Positions 9,557 to 19,308 of a stretch of 34,825 nt of DNA are shown here, piece after piece. The stretch lies in sequence record SRR22947727_5198. One strand, written 5' to 3'. The position numbers were made by a program, and so were the translations under genes. The stretch's first letter is position 1. Every line of letters starts with the position of its first letter. The notes under the pieces were generated by a model. The model saw only the letters and a list, made by a program, of their open reading frames with translations, did no database searches and was not told the DNA's origin.

Positions 9557-10021
9557 CTAGGGAGCGATCTCCAGAATGAGGTCCACTTCGACCGGGGAGT
9601 CCATCGGTAATACCGCAACTCCCACAGCGGCCCTGGCGTGGAGACCCTTGTGCCCAAAAATCTCCCCCAGCACCTCGGAGGCGCCATTCAGAACCTGAGG
9701 CTGACCAATGAAGTCCGGTGCTGAAGCGACAAAACCATTGACCTTGACCACCCGAGTGACCTTATCGAGAGAGCCCAGCAGGCTGTGTGCAGCGGCCAAA
9801 GCGTTCAGCGCGCACACCCGAGCGAGTTCTGCAGCCTTCGAGGCGGAAACCTCGGCGCCCACTTTCCCCGTCGCCAGGAGTGCACCATCGACGAACGGGA
9901 GCTGGCCCGCAGTGAAGAGAATGTTCCCGCTGATGGTCGCCGGCACATAGGCCGCCACCGGGGTGGCGACGGCGGGAAGGGTGATTCCCAATTCTGCGAG
10001 TCTGGCGTCAATGTGACCCAT
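9557..10021 (-). CDS. RidA/YjgF/UK114 family protein
   Basis: AAYVPA, TAGQLP, VVKVNGFVAS, NGASE and HARAAVGVAVLP motifs. Confidence 0.92.
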   Translation of the reverse strand: MGHIDARLAELGITLPAVATPVAAYVPATISGNILFTAGQLPFVDGALLATGKVGAEVSASKAAELARVCALNALAAAHSLLGSLDKVTRVVKVNGFVASAPDFIGQPQVLNGASEVLGEIFGHKGLHARAAVGVAVLPMDSPVEVDLILEIAP

Positions 10022-10182
10022 TAGTTGTTCTCCTGGACGGGGCGTTTGAAGTACGCAACGAGGCCGCCCTCAGGCCCTGTCACAATCTGAACCAACTCCC
10101 ACCCTTGCTCTCCCCAGTTGTTGAGGATGGCGGTGGTGTTGTGGATGATGAGCGGTGTGGTGATGTACTCCCACTTCGTCAT
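10021..10182 (-). CDS. Small conserved protein (DUF4177-like), 53 aa
   Basis: MTKWEY...ILNNWGEQGWELVQ...AYFKRP; GAGGT upstream; usual neighbour of RidA in actinobacteria. Confidence 0.85.
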   Translation of the reverse strand: MTKWEYITTPLIIHNTTAILNNWGEQGWELVQIVTGPEGGLVAYFKRPVQENN

Positions 10183-10235
10183 GTGTGACCTCATTTCACG
10201 AAAATCATAGGGTTCCACCTTGTACTCTGAGACAT

Positions 10236-12812
10236 ATGTCCGAGAACAAGGATCGGCCTAGGGGCTTGATACAAGCGCTCGCTGGTATCGCTGGATTTGG
10301 TGCACTCGCGGGTGTCATGGTGACCGCGATGATTTCTCCTGCACTGGCGGTTGCCAGTGTGGGCACAAACAGCGCCGTTGGTGTCTTCAATGCCTTGCCT
10401 GAGTTTATTGAGCTGGGCGAACAAGCACAAAAGAACACCTTGTGGGCGCAAAACAGTGCCGACCCCGCCGATGGCTACACCCAAATCGCTGAGGTGTACT
10501 GGCAAGACCGCGAGGAGATTGCCCTCGAGGACATGTCGCCCTATCTCGTGGCCGCGGCCGTGGCCGGTGAAGACCGCAGATTCTATGACCACACTGGCGT
10601 CGACGTGAACTCTGTCGTCCGCGCAGCCCTGGGAAATGTGTTCTCCGGTGGAATCGAGAGTGGCGCCTCCACACTGACCATGCAGTTGGTCAAGAACACC
10701 TATATCCAGAGATCCCAATATTTGCCCACTGAGGAGGAGCGCGAAGCGGCCTACCAGGAAGCCATCGAGACCTCATTCCAGCGCAAGCTCAATGAGATGA
10801 AACTCGCGATTGGAATCGAAAAGCGCTACTCGAAGGACGACATTGTTGAGTCCTACCTCAACATCACCGGTTTCGGCGGAAACACCTACGGCGTTCAGGC
10901 TGCAGCACAAAAGTATTTCGGGAAATCCGCGACAAACCTCACGCCCGCCGAAGCTGCAAGCCTTCTGGCCATCGTCCAATACCCCTCGACCCGAAACCTC
11001 GAGAACCCCGCTAACTACGAGGCGAACCAGGCACGGCGCGACGTTATCCTCGCCGCGATGTATGCCGAGGATTACATCACGGAGGCCCAGTACGAGAGAG
11101 CCATTAACACTCCGGTGAATAGCTCCTTCGTGAACATCTCGCCTCCCCGTGCAGGATGTCTCGCCGGTGATGTCTATGCCCGGTTCTTCTGTGACTACGT
11201 GATCAAGAACGTGGAGAACTTTGAAAGCCTCGGTGCCACGCCCGAAGAGCGCAACGAGCGCTGGCGCAAGGGTGGACTCAACGTCTACACAACCCTCAAC
11301 ATGTCACTTCAGACCACCGCTCAAGATCGCATTTGGGAACTGGTGCCCAACGACGAGGAGCGCTTTGAGCTGGGAAGCGCCTCCACCAGCGTGGAGGTCC
11401 CCACCGGACGGGTCCTCACCATGGCCCAAAACAAAATCTTCAATGACTCCGAAGAGGGAGCCGGACTCCAGGCCACCGCGGTGAATTTCAACACCGATAG
11501 AACCTACGGCGGCTCCAGCGGTTTCCAGGTCGGCTCGACGTACAAGATTTTTGCCCTCATCGCCTGGCTGCAACGTGGCTATGGACTCAACGAGGTGGTG
11601 GATGCGTCCCGCCAAGAGCTTGAGCAGGCCGGGTTTCTCGACACCTGTGGCGATGGTGGCGGACCGTGGGCTGGGCTGTGGGAGTTCAAAAACTCCGCAG
11701 ATTTAGAAATTCCCTCTGCCACCGTCTACGAGGCGACCACCCGGTCGATTAACACGGCATGGGCAGCCATCGCCGAGCAACTGGATCAGTGCGAGATCAG
11801 GACCGCAGCGGAGTCACTTCTCGTCCACCGAGCCGATGGAAGTGTTCTCCAAACGAACCCCTCTGCAGTGCTGGGAACTAATGAAATAGCCCCGCTCACA
11901 ATGGCCACCGCTTTTGGGGGTATCGCTCATGGGGGTGTGGTGTGTGAGCCCATCGTCGTGGACCGCTTCGTCACCGACACCGGTGAGACCATTCCTGGGC
12001 AGGATTCAACTTGCCGACAGGCGATTAGTCCCGAAATTGCGGCGGCGACCGCCTATCCCATGCGCGGAGTCATCACCGGAGGAACCGGGTCCCGCTCCAA
12101 TCCTCGCGGTGACGTCCCCGTTATCGGCAAAACGGGAACCACCGACTCCCAGGTGCAAACCTGGATGGTCGGATCAAGCACAAATGTGGCCACGTCGGTC
12201 TGGGTGGGCAACATCCTCGGAGACTTTAGCCTTCGCGGATATTCCGGGGGAACAGTCCTCCGACACGATATTTGGCGCGTCATCATGGAAGACGCGAACG
12301 AACAGTATGGTGGCGAGGCTTTCCCCAGACCCTCTGAACGCCTACTCCAAGGCAGCGGAATTGACGTTCCCAACATCACCGGGCTCACCTATGACGAAGC
12401 GTCACTCCTGCTGGAAAGCCTGGGCTTGAAACTTGAGGTCGCCGAAGGTGTTGTGGCGGGCCGCGTCGGAATTTTCGAACCCGCTGCCGGCACCTACCTT
12501 GCCCGCGGCATGACGGTGCGTGTTCTTGGCGGAAGTGGTGGTGGAGGCGAAAGCACCGGCAATCTGATTATGCCCAACCTAGTGGGTCTCTCGGTAGCGC
12601 AGGCCACTTCCACGATGGACGGTCTCAATATGACTGGTGCACGCCAGTACAGCTGTGGACCGGGCAGCGTGAGCGCCGACCCTGGGGTAGGCACCATCGC
12701 AAGCCAAAGTGTGGGAGCTGGAGCTCAGGTCTGGAACTACACCGGTGTTCAGATTCAAGTGTCCTGTGGGGTCTTGGCGCCCTCTCCTGAAGATGATGTC
12801 CTCCTGGACTGA
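10236..12812 (+). CDS. Class A penicillin-binding protein (transglycosylase/transpeptidase) with C-terminal PASTA-like repeats
   Basis: EDRRFYDH.GVD, GASTLTMQLVKN and RKLNE glycosyltransferase motifs; STYK, SIN and KTGT transpeptidase motifs; VPNITGLT and MPNLVGLS repeats. Confidence 0.95.
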   Translation: MSENKDRPRGLIQALAGIAGFGALAGVMVTAMISPALAVASVGTNSAVGVFNALPEFIELGEQAQKNTLWAQNSADPADGYTQIAEVYWQDREEIALEDMSPYLVAAAVAGEDRRFYDHTGVDVNSVVRAALGNVFSGGIESGASTLTMQLVKNTYIQRSQYLPTEEEREAAYQEAIETSFQRKLNEMKLAIGIEKRYSKDDIVESYLNITGFGGNTYGVQAAAQKYFGKSATNLTPAEAASLLAIVQYPSTRNLENPANYEANQARRDVILAAMYAEDYITEAQYERAINTPVNSSFVNISPPRAGCLAGDVYARFFCDYVIKNVENFESLGATPEERNERWRKGGLNVYTTLNMSLQTTAQDRIWELVPNDEERFELGSASTSVEVPTGRVLTMAQNKIFNDSEEGAGLQATAVNFNTDRTYGGSSGFQVGSTYKIFALIAWLQRGYGLNEVVDASRQELEQAGFLDTCGDGGGPWAGLWEFKNSADLEIPSATVYEATTRSINTAWAAIAEQLDQCEIRTAAESLLVHRADGSVLQTNPSAVLGTNEIAPLTMATAFGGIAHGGVVCEPIVVDRFVTDTGETIPGQDSTCRQAISPEIAAATAYPMRGVITGGTGSRSNPRGDVPVIGKTGTTDSQVQTWMVGSSTNVATSVWVGNILGDFSLRGYSGGTVLRHDIWRVIMEDANEQYGGEAFPRPSERLLQGSGIDVPNITGLTYDEASLLLESLGLKLEVAEGVVAGRVGIFEPAAGTYLARGMTVRVLGGSGGGGESTGNLIMPNLVGLSVAQATSTMDGLNMTGARQYSCGPGSVSADPGVGTIASQSVGAGAQVWNYTGVQIQVSCGVLAPSPEDDVLLD

Positions 12813-13759
12813 TGGTCTCTAAATCAGGTCTTGCCCTGGCAGGACTGGGAGCGCTCGCAGTCGGGACAGCAGCCTGGGGCTCGATTGTGGAGCGAGAGAA
12901 TTTTCGGGTTCGACGGGAGACCCTCCCTGTGCTCGACCCGGGGAGTGAACCCATTCGTGTTCTGCACCTCAGCGACATCCACATGGCGCCCTGGCACAGC
13001 TCCAGCGTGCGTTGGATTCGAGAGCTGATCGAACTGCGTCCAGATGTGGTGGTGGGGACAGGCGATTTTCTCGGCCACCCGGAGGGTCTTTCCGCACTGA
13101 CCGAAGCGTTGATGCCCTTTCGCGGGGTTCCCGGAGTGGTAACCCACGGATCTAACGACCGAGTAGCACCCAGGGTGAAAAACCCCTTCTCGTATGTCCT
13201 CGAGCCTTCTCGTCCCCACGGCGATCACTCCGGAGAGGCGATGAATTTTGCAGGTCTTCAGGAGCTCTACCAAACGCTGGGATGGAGCGACATTGACAAC
13301 GGTGTCACTCGTATGGACATTCGCGGCAGCTCGCTGGAGTGGGTCGGTGTGGGGGACGCCCACTATGGCCTCGATGATCTACCCGGCCTTCCCGGACTCC
13401 TTGATAAGGAGCGGGAGGACACCGAAGCTGGCGCCACCTCACTCACGACACTGGGTGTGACACATGCTCCTTATCAACGAGTTCTCAACGCCCTCCAGAA
13501 CAACGGTGCTGAGGTCATCTTTGCGGGACACACTCACGGTGGACAGGTGTGTTTGCCTGGAGGCCGAGCACTCACCACCAACTGCGATCTCCCCACGTCG
13601 ATGGCCTCTGGAGTACACGTGTGGACTCACGCGGGCAAAGCGTCCTACCTCCAAGTGTCCGCTGGTCTTGGCACCAGCATCTACGCGCCGGTGCGCCTGT
13701 TCTGCCCACCAGAGGCCGTACTCGTCACGCTCGTGGCGGACGACATCGGGTACGCTTGA
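12812..13759 (+). CDS. Calcineurin-like metallophosphoesterase
   Basis: HLSDIH, TGDFL, HGSND, THAPY and GHTHGGQ motifs; start overlaps the PBP stop (TGATG). Confidence 0.9.
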   Translation: MVSKSGLALAGLGALAVGTAAWGSIVERENFRVRRETLPVLDPGSEPIRVLHLSDIHMAPWHSSSVRWIRELIELRPDVVVGTGDFLGHPEGLSALTEALMPFRGVPGVVTHGSNDRVAPRVKNPFSYVLEPSRPHGDHSGEAMNFAGLQELYQTLGWSDIDNGVTRMDIRGSSLEWVGVGDAHYGLDDLPGLPGLLDKEREDTEAGATSLTTLGVTHAPYQRVLNALQNNGAEVIFAGHTHGGQVCLPGGRALTTNCDLPTSMASGVHVWTHAGKASYLQVSAGLGTSIYAPVRLFCPPEAVLVTLVADDIGYA

Positions 13760-13788
13760 GCCCTGCCTCACAGGGCACTTCCACATCG

Positions 13789-13865
<77 letters not shown>

Positions 13866-14531
13866 CTAACTGAAGTCTGGGTCCGGCTCCGCTAGCTCCT
13901 GGATAATCTCCTGCGGGACGTAGCCACTGGCAAGCCGACCACCACTTTCGTCCAAATAACACTCCCCACACAGCGATTCATAAGTGACCTCGCCGCCATC
14001 AATGGCGACCTGCGCTCCATCGAAGACAAACTGACCATTCGCTTTCCTGGTGTTGAAGACAGCTTTTCGCCCGCAACGGCAGATGGTTTTGAGCTCTTCC
14101 AAGGAATGGGCAATCTCCAAGAGGCGCCTCGAACCGGGAAAAGCCACCGTCTGGAAGTCGGTGCGGATTCCGTAGGCCAACACCGGAATGTTGCGACGAA
14201 TCGCGATGATGAACAGGTCATCGACCTGGCGGGGACTCAAGAACTGGGACTCATCAACGAGGAGACAGGAAATTGTCTCCCCGGTCTGGCGTGCGATGAC
14301 ATCTGCTTCGTTGTCGATCATGTTCACGACATCGGTTGCGGGACCAATGATCAGGTCAACCTCTCGCGACACCCCCAGTCTCGAGACAATCGTGCGGTCG
14401 CCCTTCGTGTCGACCATGGGTTTCGCGAGAACAACTCTCTGCCCACGCTCCTCATAGTTATGAGCAGCCTGCAACAGCGCTGTTGACTTACCGGAATTCA
14501 TCGCTCCGTAGCGAAAATACAACTTAGCCAC
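13866..14531 (-). CDS. tdk: Thymidine kinase
   Basis: [31 protein letters not shown] and the zinc site ICRCG...YESLCGEC. Confidence 0.96.
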   Translation of the reverse strand: MAKLYFRYGAMNSGKSTALLQAAHNYEERGQRVVLAKPMVDTKGDRTIVSRLGVSREVDLIIGPATDVVNMIDNEADVIARQTGETISCLLVDESQFLSPRQVDDLFIIAIRRNIPVLAYGIRTDFQTVAFPGSRRLLEIAHSLEELKTICRCGRKAVFNTRKANGQFVFDGAQVAIDGGEVTYESLCGECYLDESGGRLASGYVPQEIIQELAEPDPDFS

Positions 14532-15408
14532 GACCAGCTACTCCCCTCTGGGCAATCTCCACCACATTCCGAAGAAGAAGAGCTCTCGTCATGGGCCCGA
14601 CACCCCCGGGGTTTGGCGAGACATACCCGGCAACCTTCCAGACATCCGGAGCGACGTCCCCCACAACCTGAGCTTTCCCGCCAACCACCACTCGACTCAC
14701 TCCAACGTCCAAGACCACCGCGCCTGGCTTCACCATGTCTGCAGTCACGATGCCTGCAACCCCCGCAGCCGCCACAATCACATCGGCCTGAGCAACCAAC
14801 TCAGCGAGGTTGGCTGTCTTGGTGTGAGTAAGAGTCACCGTCGCATCTAATCCGCGCCGGGTCAATAACAAACCGATCGGTCGACCCACTGTCACACCCC
14901 GCCCCAGCACCACGACGTGTTTGCCCGACCACGAAATTCCGTGGCGCTCAACCAGCTCCACGATTCCTTGAGGAGTGCAGGGCATGGGTGAGTCCATGTC
15001 GCCACCGACCTGATTCACCAGACGACCCAAGTTCATCGGGTGCAGCCCATCGGCGTCCTTGACGGGGTCGATGCGCTCCAACACAGCGTCCTGGTCAATG
15101 TGATCCGGCAGTGGAAGCTGAACGATGTAGCCGGTCACACCGGGGTTGTCATTGAACTCGTCAATCGCCGCGAGGACTTCGTCCTGGGTTGCGCTTGCGG
15201 GCAAATCGATTCGGTAGGACTCAATTCCCACCTCGCCGCAGTCCTTGTGTTTCCCCGCGACGTACCACGTTGACCCCGGGTCCTCTCCGACCAGAATTGT
15301 GCCCAGGCCCGGAGTCACTCCCACTTCGTGGAGAACACGGACCTGGTCAGCAATTTCCGCTTTGAAGACCTGGGCCGTAGCGGTCCCATCAAGAGTGGTT
15401 GCTCTCAT
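14524..15408 (-). CDS. folD: Methylenetetrahydrofolate dehydrogenase/cyclohydrolase
   Basis: [28 protein letters not shown] and [10 protein letters not shown] motifs. Confidence 0.97.
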   Translation of the reverse strand: MRATTLDGTATAQVFKAEIADQVRVLHEVGVTPGLGTILVGEDPGSTWYVAGKHKDCGEVGIESYRIDLPASATQDEVLAAIDEFNDNPGVTGYIVQLPLPDHIDQDAVLERIDPVKDADGLHPMNLGRLVNQVGGDMDSPMPCTPQGIVELVERHGISWSGKHVVVLGRGVTVGRPIGLLLTRRGLDATVTLTHTKTANLAELVAQADVIVAAAGVAGIVTADMVKPGAVVLDVGVSRVVVGGKAQVVGDVAPDVWKVAGYVSPNPGGVGPMTRALLLRNVVEIAQRGVAGRG

Positions 15409-15414
15409 AGGTGG

Positions 15415-16704
15415 CTAGGAAAGCTCGGGATAGAGCGGCCACGCCTGGGTCAACTGCGCCACTCGCCCCTGCAAAGCCGAGATATCGGGGTTTGGCATCA
15501 GAGTGTGAGCGATGATGTCCGCCACCTCGGTGAATTCCGTCTCACCGAATCCTCGTGTCGCGAGCGCTGGGGTTCCGATGCGCACACCGGAGGTTACCAT
15601 GGGGGGCCTGGGGTCAAAGGGAACCGCGTTACGGTTCACGGTGATTCCCACGTGGTGCAGAAGGTCCTCGGCTTGCTGCCCGTCCACGGGCGAGTTCCGC
15701 AAGTCCACGAGGGCAAGGTGAACATCAGTTCCGCCGGTCAGAACGTCCACTCCGGCAGCCTTGGTGTCATCCTGGACCAAGCGCTCGGCCAGGAGCTTCG
15801 CACCCTGGATGGTTCTCTCTTGACGATCCCGGAACTCAGGAGTCATGGCGAGCTTGAAGGCGACCGCTTTTGCCGCGATCACGTGCATGAGAGGTCCACC
15901 CTGCTGTCCCGGGAACACCGCGGAATTCAGCTTCTTAGCCAGTGACTCATCCCGGCTGAGAATAATTCCAGAGCGAGGACCACCGAGGGTCTTGTGAACA
16001 GTGGTCGAGACGACGTCTGCGTGAGGGATGGGCGAGGGGTGCAGACCGGCTGCGACCAAGCCAGCAAAGTGCGCCATGTCGACCCAGAGCTTTGCTCCCA
16101 CCTCGTCGGCGATGGCACGGAACGCGGCAAAGTCAGTGTGACGGGGATACGCCGACCAGCCTGCAATCAAGACGGTGGGCTTGTGCTCAAGGGCCTTGTC
16201 ACGGACTTTGTCCATGTCAATCAAGAAGGTGTCGGGCTCTACGCCATAGGAGGTGGCGTTGTAGACCTTGCCGGAGAAGTTGAGCTTCATACCGTGAGTC
16301 AGGTGACCACCGTGAGCCAATTCAAGACCCAAGATGGTGTCGCCGGGCTGCGCGAGTGCGTGCAATACAGCGGCACTGGCGCTCGCACCCGAGTGAGGCT
16401 GGACGTTCGCATACGCGGCACCGAAGAGTTCTTTTGCCCGCTCAATCGCGAGGTTCTCGGCGATGTCCACGAATTCGCAGCCGCCGTAGTAGCGCTTACC
16501 GGGGTAGCCCTCGGCATATTTGTTCGTGAGCACGCTGCCTTGGGCTTCCAAGACTGCGTGGGGCACAAAGTTTTCGCTGGCAATCATTTCCAGCGTGCCG
16601 CGCTGGCGACCAAGTTCCTTATCCAGGACATCCTGAATCTCGGGGTCGATCTCGGCGAGCGTTGCAGTAAAAGCGTCGAGTGCTGGGGTTGTTGTGGGGT
16701 TCAC
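15415..16704 (-). CDS. glyA: Serine hydroxymethyltransferase
   Basis: [23 protein letters not shown] and [14 protein letters not shown] (PLP lysine). Confidence 0.98.
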   Translation of the reverse strand: MNPTTTPALDAFTATLAEIDPEIQDVLDKELGRQRGTLEMIASENFVPHAVLEAQGSVLTNKYAEGYPGKRYYGGCEFVDIAENLAIERAKELFGAAYANVQPHSGASASAAVLHALAQPGDTILGLELAHGGHLTHGMKLNFSGKVYNATSYGVEPDTFLIDMDKVRDKALEHKPTVLIAGWSAYPRHTDFAAFRAIADEVGAKLWVDMAHFAGLVAAGLHPSPIPHADVVSTTVHKTLGGPRSGIILSRDESLAKKLNSAVFPGQQGGPLMHVIAAKAVAFKLAMTPEFRDRQERTIQGAKLLAERLVQDDTKAAGVDVLTGGTDVHLALVDLRNSPVDGQQAEDLLHHVGITVNRNAVPFDPRPPMVTSGVRIGTPALATRGFGETEFTEVADIIAHTLMPNPDISALQGRVAQLTQAWPLYPELS

Positions 16705-16744
16705 GGGGCTCTCCCTTGGTTACACGGATATGGAATTGTCGTGT

Positions 16745-16817
16745 CAGCCCAGGCGTACGGCCAGCACGCTTCCTTACGCTCCCCGATGGTTATCCATCAT
16801 TACGCCAGTTGCGTAGC
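16745..16817 (-). ncRNA. ZMP/ZTP (pfl motif) riboswitch aptamer upstream of glyA
   Basis: Minus strand UACGC-AACUGGCG-UAAU-GAUGG-AUAA-CCAUC-GGGGA-GCGUA...GCCGUACGCCUGGGC gives P1, P2, the conserved ACUGGCG and GGGGAGC, and a P3 able to pseudoknot (GGCG/CGCC). TAGACT -10 at 16826-16821. Confidence 0.92.
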
Positions 16818-16881
16818 TCCAGTCTAACCGAGGTCGCTGGGAGCACCCCGGTGGACCACGCGCAAACCCTAAGCTAGGGGG

Positions 16882-17739
16882 GTGCCAAGCTCTCCTTCTC
16901 ACTTTGTGGTGACGTTCGTCTGTGATGACAAGCCCGGTATTGTTCACGCCGTCAGTGGGGCAATCGTCGAAGCCCACGGCAACATCACCGAGTCTCAACA
17001 GTTCTCCTCGGAGGACACCGGGCGCTTCTTTATGCGAGTGCAGGTGGAAACCACCTCGGACTATGACAGCTTCCAGGCCGCTCTTGCCCCTGTGATTGAG
17101 CGCTATGACATGACCGCAGAGATCAACACCGTGGGTCGACCCCTTCGAACTCTGATCCTTGCCTCAAGCGCCGGCCACTGTCTGACCGACCTTCTGGTGC
17201 GCCAACGAGATGGTCACCTCACAATTGATATTCCCCAGGTTCTTTCCAACCACGACGCTCTCGAGCCCGTCGCACAGTTCTATGGCGTTCCCTTCCGCGC
17301 ACTTCCGATTACGGACCAGGCCAGCAAAGCTCAGTTTGAGGCGGAAGTCCTCGCTCTGGTGGAGAAGCATGACATTGAGTTGGTCGTGTTGGCGCGGTAC
17401 ATGCAGATCGTGAGCCCTGAACTGTGCACAGCACTCGAGGGCCGCATGATTAATATCCACCATTCGTTCCTCCCCGGCTTCAAGGGAGCGAGCCCTTATC
17501 GCCAAGCCCACGAACGGGGTGTGAAACTCATCGGCGCGACCGCACACTTTGTGACGACGGAACTCGATGAGGGACCCATCATTGAGCAGAATGTGGTGCG
17601 GGTGGATCACTCTCACTCTGCCGAAGAGCTTCGGGCTATCGGCCAGGATGAGGAATCTCGCACCCTGACCCAGGCCGTGCGGTGGTTTGCTGAGCACCGA
17701 ATCTTGCTCGATGGTGTGCGCACCATCATCTTTAAATGA
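16882..17739 (+). CDS. purU: Formyltetrahydrofolate deformylase
   Basis: N-terminal ACT domain, VLARYMQI, INIHHSFLPGFKGA.PY.QA and LDEGPIIEQ; TAAGCT 6 nt before the GTG (leaderless). Confidence 0.96.
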   Translation: MPSSPSHFVVTFVCDDKPGIVHAVSGAIVEAHGNITESQQFSSEDTGRFFMRVQVETTSDYDSFQAALAPVIERYDMTAEINTVGRPLRTLILASSAGHCLTDLLVRQRDGHLTIDIPQVLSNHDALEPVAQFYGVPFRALPITDQASKAQFEAEVLALVEKHDIELVVLARYMQIVSPELCTALEGRMINIHHSFLPGFKGASPYRQAHERGVKLIGATAHFVTTELDEGPIIEQNVVRVDHSHSAEELRAIGQDEESRTLTQAVRWFAEHRILLDGVRTIIFK

Positions 17740-17769
17740 CTCATCCCTAGGCCGTGGCCTAGGGATGAG
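17740..17769. terminator. Probable bidirectional terminator hairpin
   Basis: CTCATCCCTAGGCC-GT-GGCCTAGGGATGAG is a perfect 14-bp inverted repeat between convergent purU and the small Cys-rich gene; no long U-tract. Confidence 0.75.
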
Positions 17770-17784
17770 AGAGTCAGCTAAGGA

Positions 17785-17901
17785 CTAGGCGCACTTGCAA
17801 AGCTCGTCTGGTCCGAAACCAGCCAAAGCCTGTTCAATGTGCTCTCCGCAACCGGTCCAGGTGACCTTGCTGCAGCGGTTACAACGCGCTGGGCTACACA
17901 C
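17785..17901 (-). CDS. Small cysteine-rich protein, 38 aa, putative metal-binding
   Basis: GTG...TAG encodes MCSPARCNRCSKVTWTGCGEHIEQALAGFGPDELCKCA. AAGGAG lies 7 nt upstream, with a promoter before it and a terminator after it. Confidence 0.85.
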   Translation of the reverse strand: MCSPARCNRCSKVTWTGCGEHIEQALAGFGPDELCKCA

Positions 17902-17941
17902 GATGGTTCTCCTTGAGTGTTGAAGTAATCACGACTCTCAG

Positions 17942-17970
17942 AGTATATACCCCTGGGGGTATTTTGGCTA
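17942..17970 (-). promoter_or_regulatory. Sigma70-type promoter with a CsoR/RicR/CstR-family operator in the spacer
   Basis: TAGCCA (17970-17965), 17 bp, TATACT (17947-17942); palindrome ATACCCC-TG-GGGGTAT at 17947-17962. Confidence 0.8.
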
Positions 17971-19185
17971 CTAGCCGAGTCGTGCCTTCAGATTCTCATC
18001 CAAGGTGGCCAAGAAGTCCTCGGTGGTCTGCCACTTCTGGTCGCCACCGACGAGCATCGCGAGGTCCTTCGTCATGGCTCCAGACTCCACAGTCTTGATG
18101 ACCACGTCCTCCAGCGTCTGGGCGAAATCAATCAGGGCCTGGTTCGAGTCGAGCTTCCCGCGGTGCATTAGACCCCGTGTCCAGGCGAAGATCGAGGCAA
18201 TGGGGTTTGTCGAGGTGGGGTTGCCCTTCTGGTGCTCGCGGTAGTGACGTGTCACCGTTCCGTGAGCTGCCTCCGCCTCGACAATTGCGCCGTCAGGAGT
18301 GGTGAGCACACTGGTCATCAGGCCGAGAGATCCAAACCCTTGGGCCACCGTGTCGGACTGGACGTCACCGTCGTAGTTCTTGGTAGCCCAGACGTAGCCA
18401 CCCTCCCACTTGAGGGCAGCTGCCACCATGTCATCGATGAGGCGGTGCTCATACGTGATGCCGGCCTTCTCGAACTTGTCCTGGAACTCTGCTTCGAAGA
18501 TCTCCTGGAAAATGTCCTTGAAACGACCGTCATAGGCCTTCAAGATGGTGTTCTTGGTTGAGAGGTAGACCGGGTATCTGCGGTTCAGACCGTAGTTCAA
18601 GGATGCACGAGCGAAATCGCGGATGGAGGCGTCGAGGTTATACATCGCCATGGCAACACCGCCACCGGGTGCCTCAAAGACCTCGAAGCTCTGGGCTTCG
18701 CCACCGTCTTTCGGCTGGAAGCTAATGGTGAGCGTTCCCGGACCCTCGAACACAAAGTCCGTGGCGCGGTACTGATCACCAAACGCGTGACGTCCAACAA
18801 TGATGGGCTTGTTCCAGCCGGGAACGAGCCGGGGGATGTTGGAGATGATGATCGGCTCGCGGAAAATCACGCCGCCGAGGATGTTGCGGATGGTCCCGTT
18901 GGGGCTGCGCCACATCTTCTTGAGACCAAACTCTTCCACGCGGGCTTCGTCGGGAGTGATGGTGGCGCACTTGACGCCGACTCCGTGCTTCTGAATGGCA
19001 TGAGCAGCGTCGATGGTGATCTGGTCGTCCGTCTCGTCACGCTTCTCGATTCCCAGGTCGTAGTACTCCAGGGTGAGATCGAGGTAGGGGTGGATCAGGC
19101 GGTCCTTGATGGCCTGCCAAATAATACGTGTCATTTCGTCGCCATCGAGCTCTACGACGACGCCATCAACCTTGATCTTTTCCAC
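17971..19185 (-). CDS. icd: NADP-dependent isocitrate dehydrogenase (eukaryote-like homodimeric type)
   Basis: [44 protein letters not shown] and [14 protein letters not shown] 19185 follows GAAGGGA. Confidence 0.97.
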   Translation of the reverse strand: MEKIKVDGVVVELDGDEMTRIIWQAIKDRLIHPYLDLTLEYYDLGIEKRDETDDQITIDAAHAIQKHGVGVKCATITPDEARVEEFGLKKMWRSPNGTIRNILGGVIFREPIIISNIPRLVPGWNKPIIVGRHAFGDQYRATDFVFEGPGTLTISFQPKDGGEAQSFEVFEAPGGGVAMAMYNLDASIRDFARASLNYGLNRRYPVYLSTKNTILKAYDGRFKDIFQEIFEAEFQDKFEKAGITYEHRLIDDMVAAALKWEGGYVWATKNYDGDVQSDTVAQGFGSLGLMTSVLTTPDGAIVEAEAAHGTVTRHYREHQKGNPTSTNPIASIFAWTRGLMHRGKLDSNQALIDFAQTLEDVVIKTVESGAMTKDLAMLVGGDQKWQTTEDFLATLDENLKARLG

Positions 19186-19252
19186 GGGGAATCCCTTCTC
19201 TACGAACGGGCGCTCTAGCCCGACAAAGTCTAATCTCGATAGGCGCCACATA

Positions 19253-19270
19253 TATCTTTACATAAAGATA
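19253..19270. promoter_or_regulatory. 18-bp palindromic operator (MarR-family TamR/UrtR-like) between icd and the GNAT gene
   Basis: TATCTTTA-CA-TAAAGATA has perfect 8-bp arms and is AT-rich in GC-rich DNA; it abuts the predicted -35 of the icd promoter (-10 TAGACT at 19232-19227). Confidence 0.7.
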
Positions 19271-19308
19271 CTTACCGGATGTTCACGCAAACGCTCTACG
19301 CTGATTTC

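Noticed and set aside
17913-18098. 61-aa plus-strand ORF crossing the operator
   Set aside because: No RBS, antisense to icd; the minus-strand promoter and small gene explain the region better
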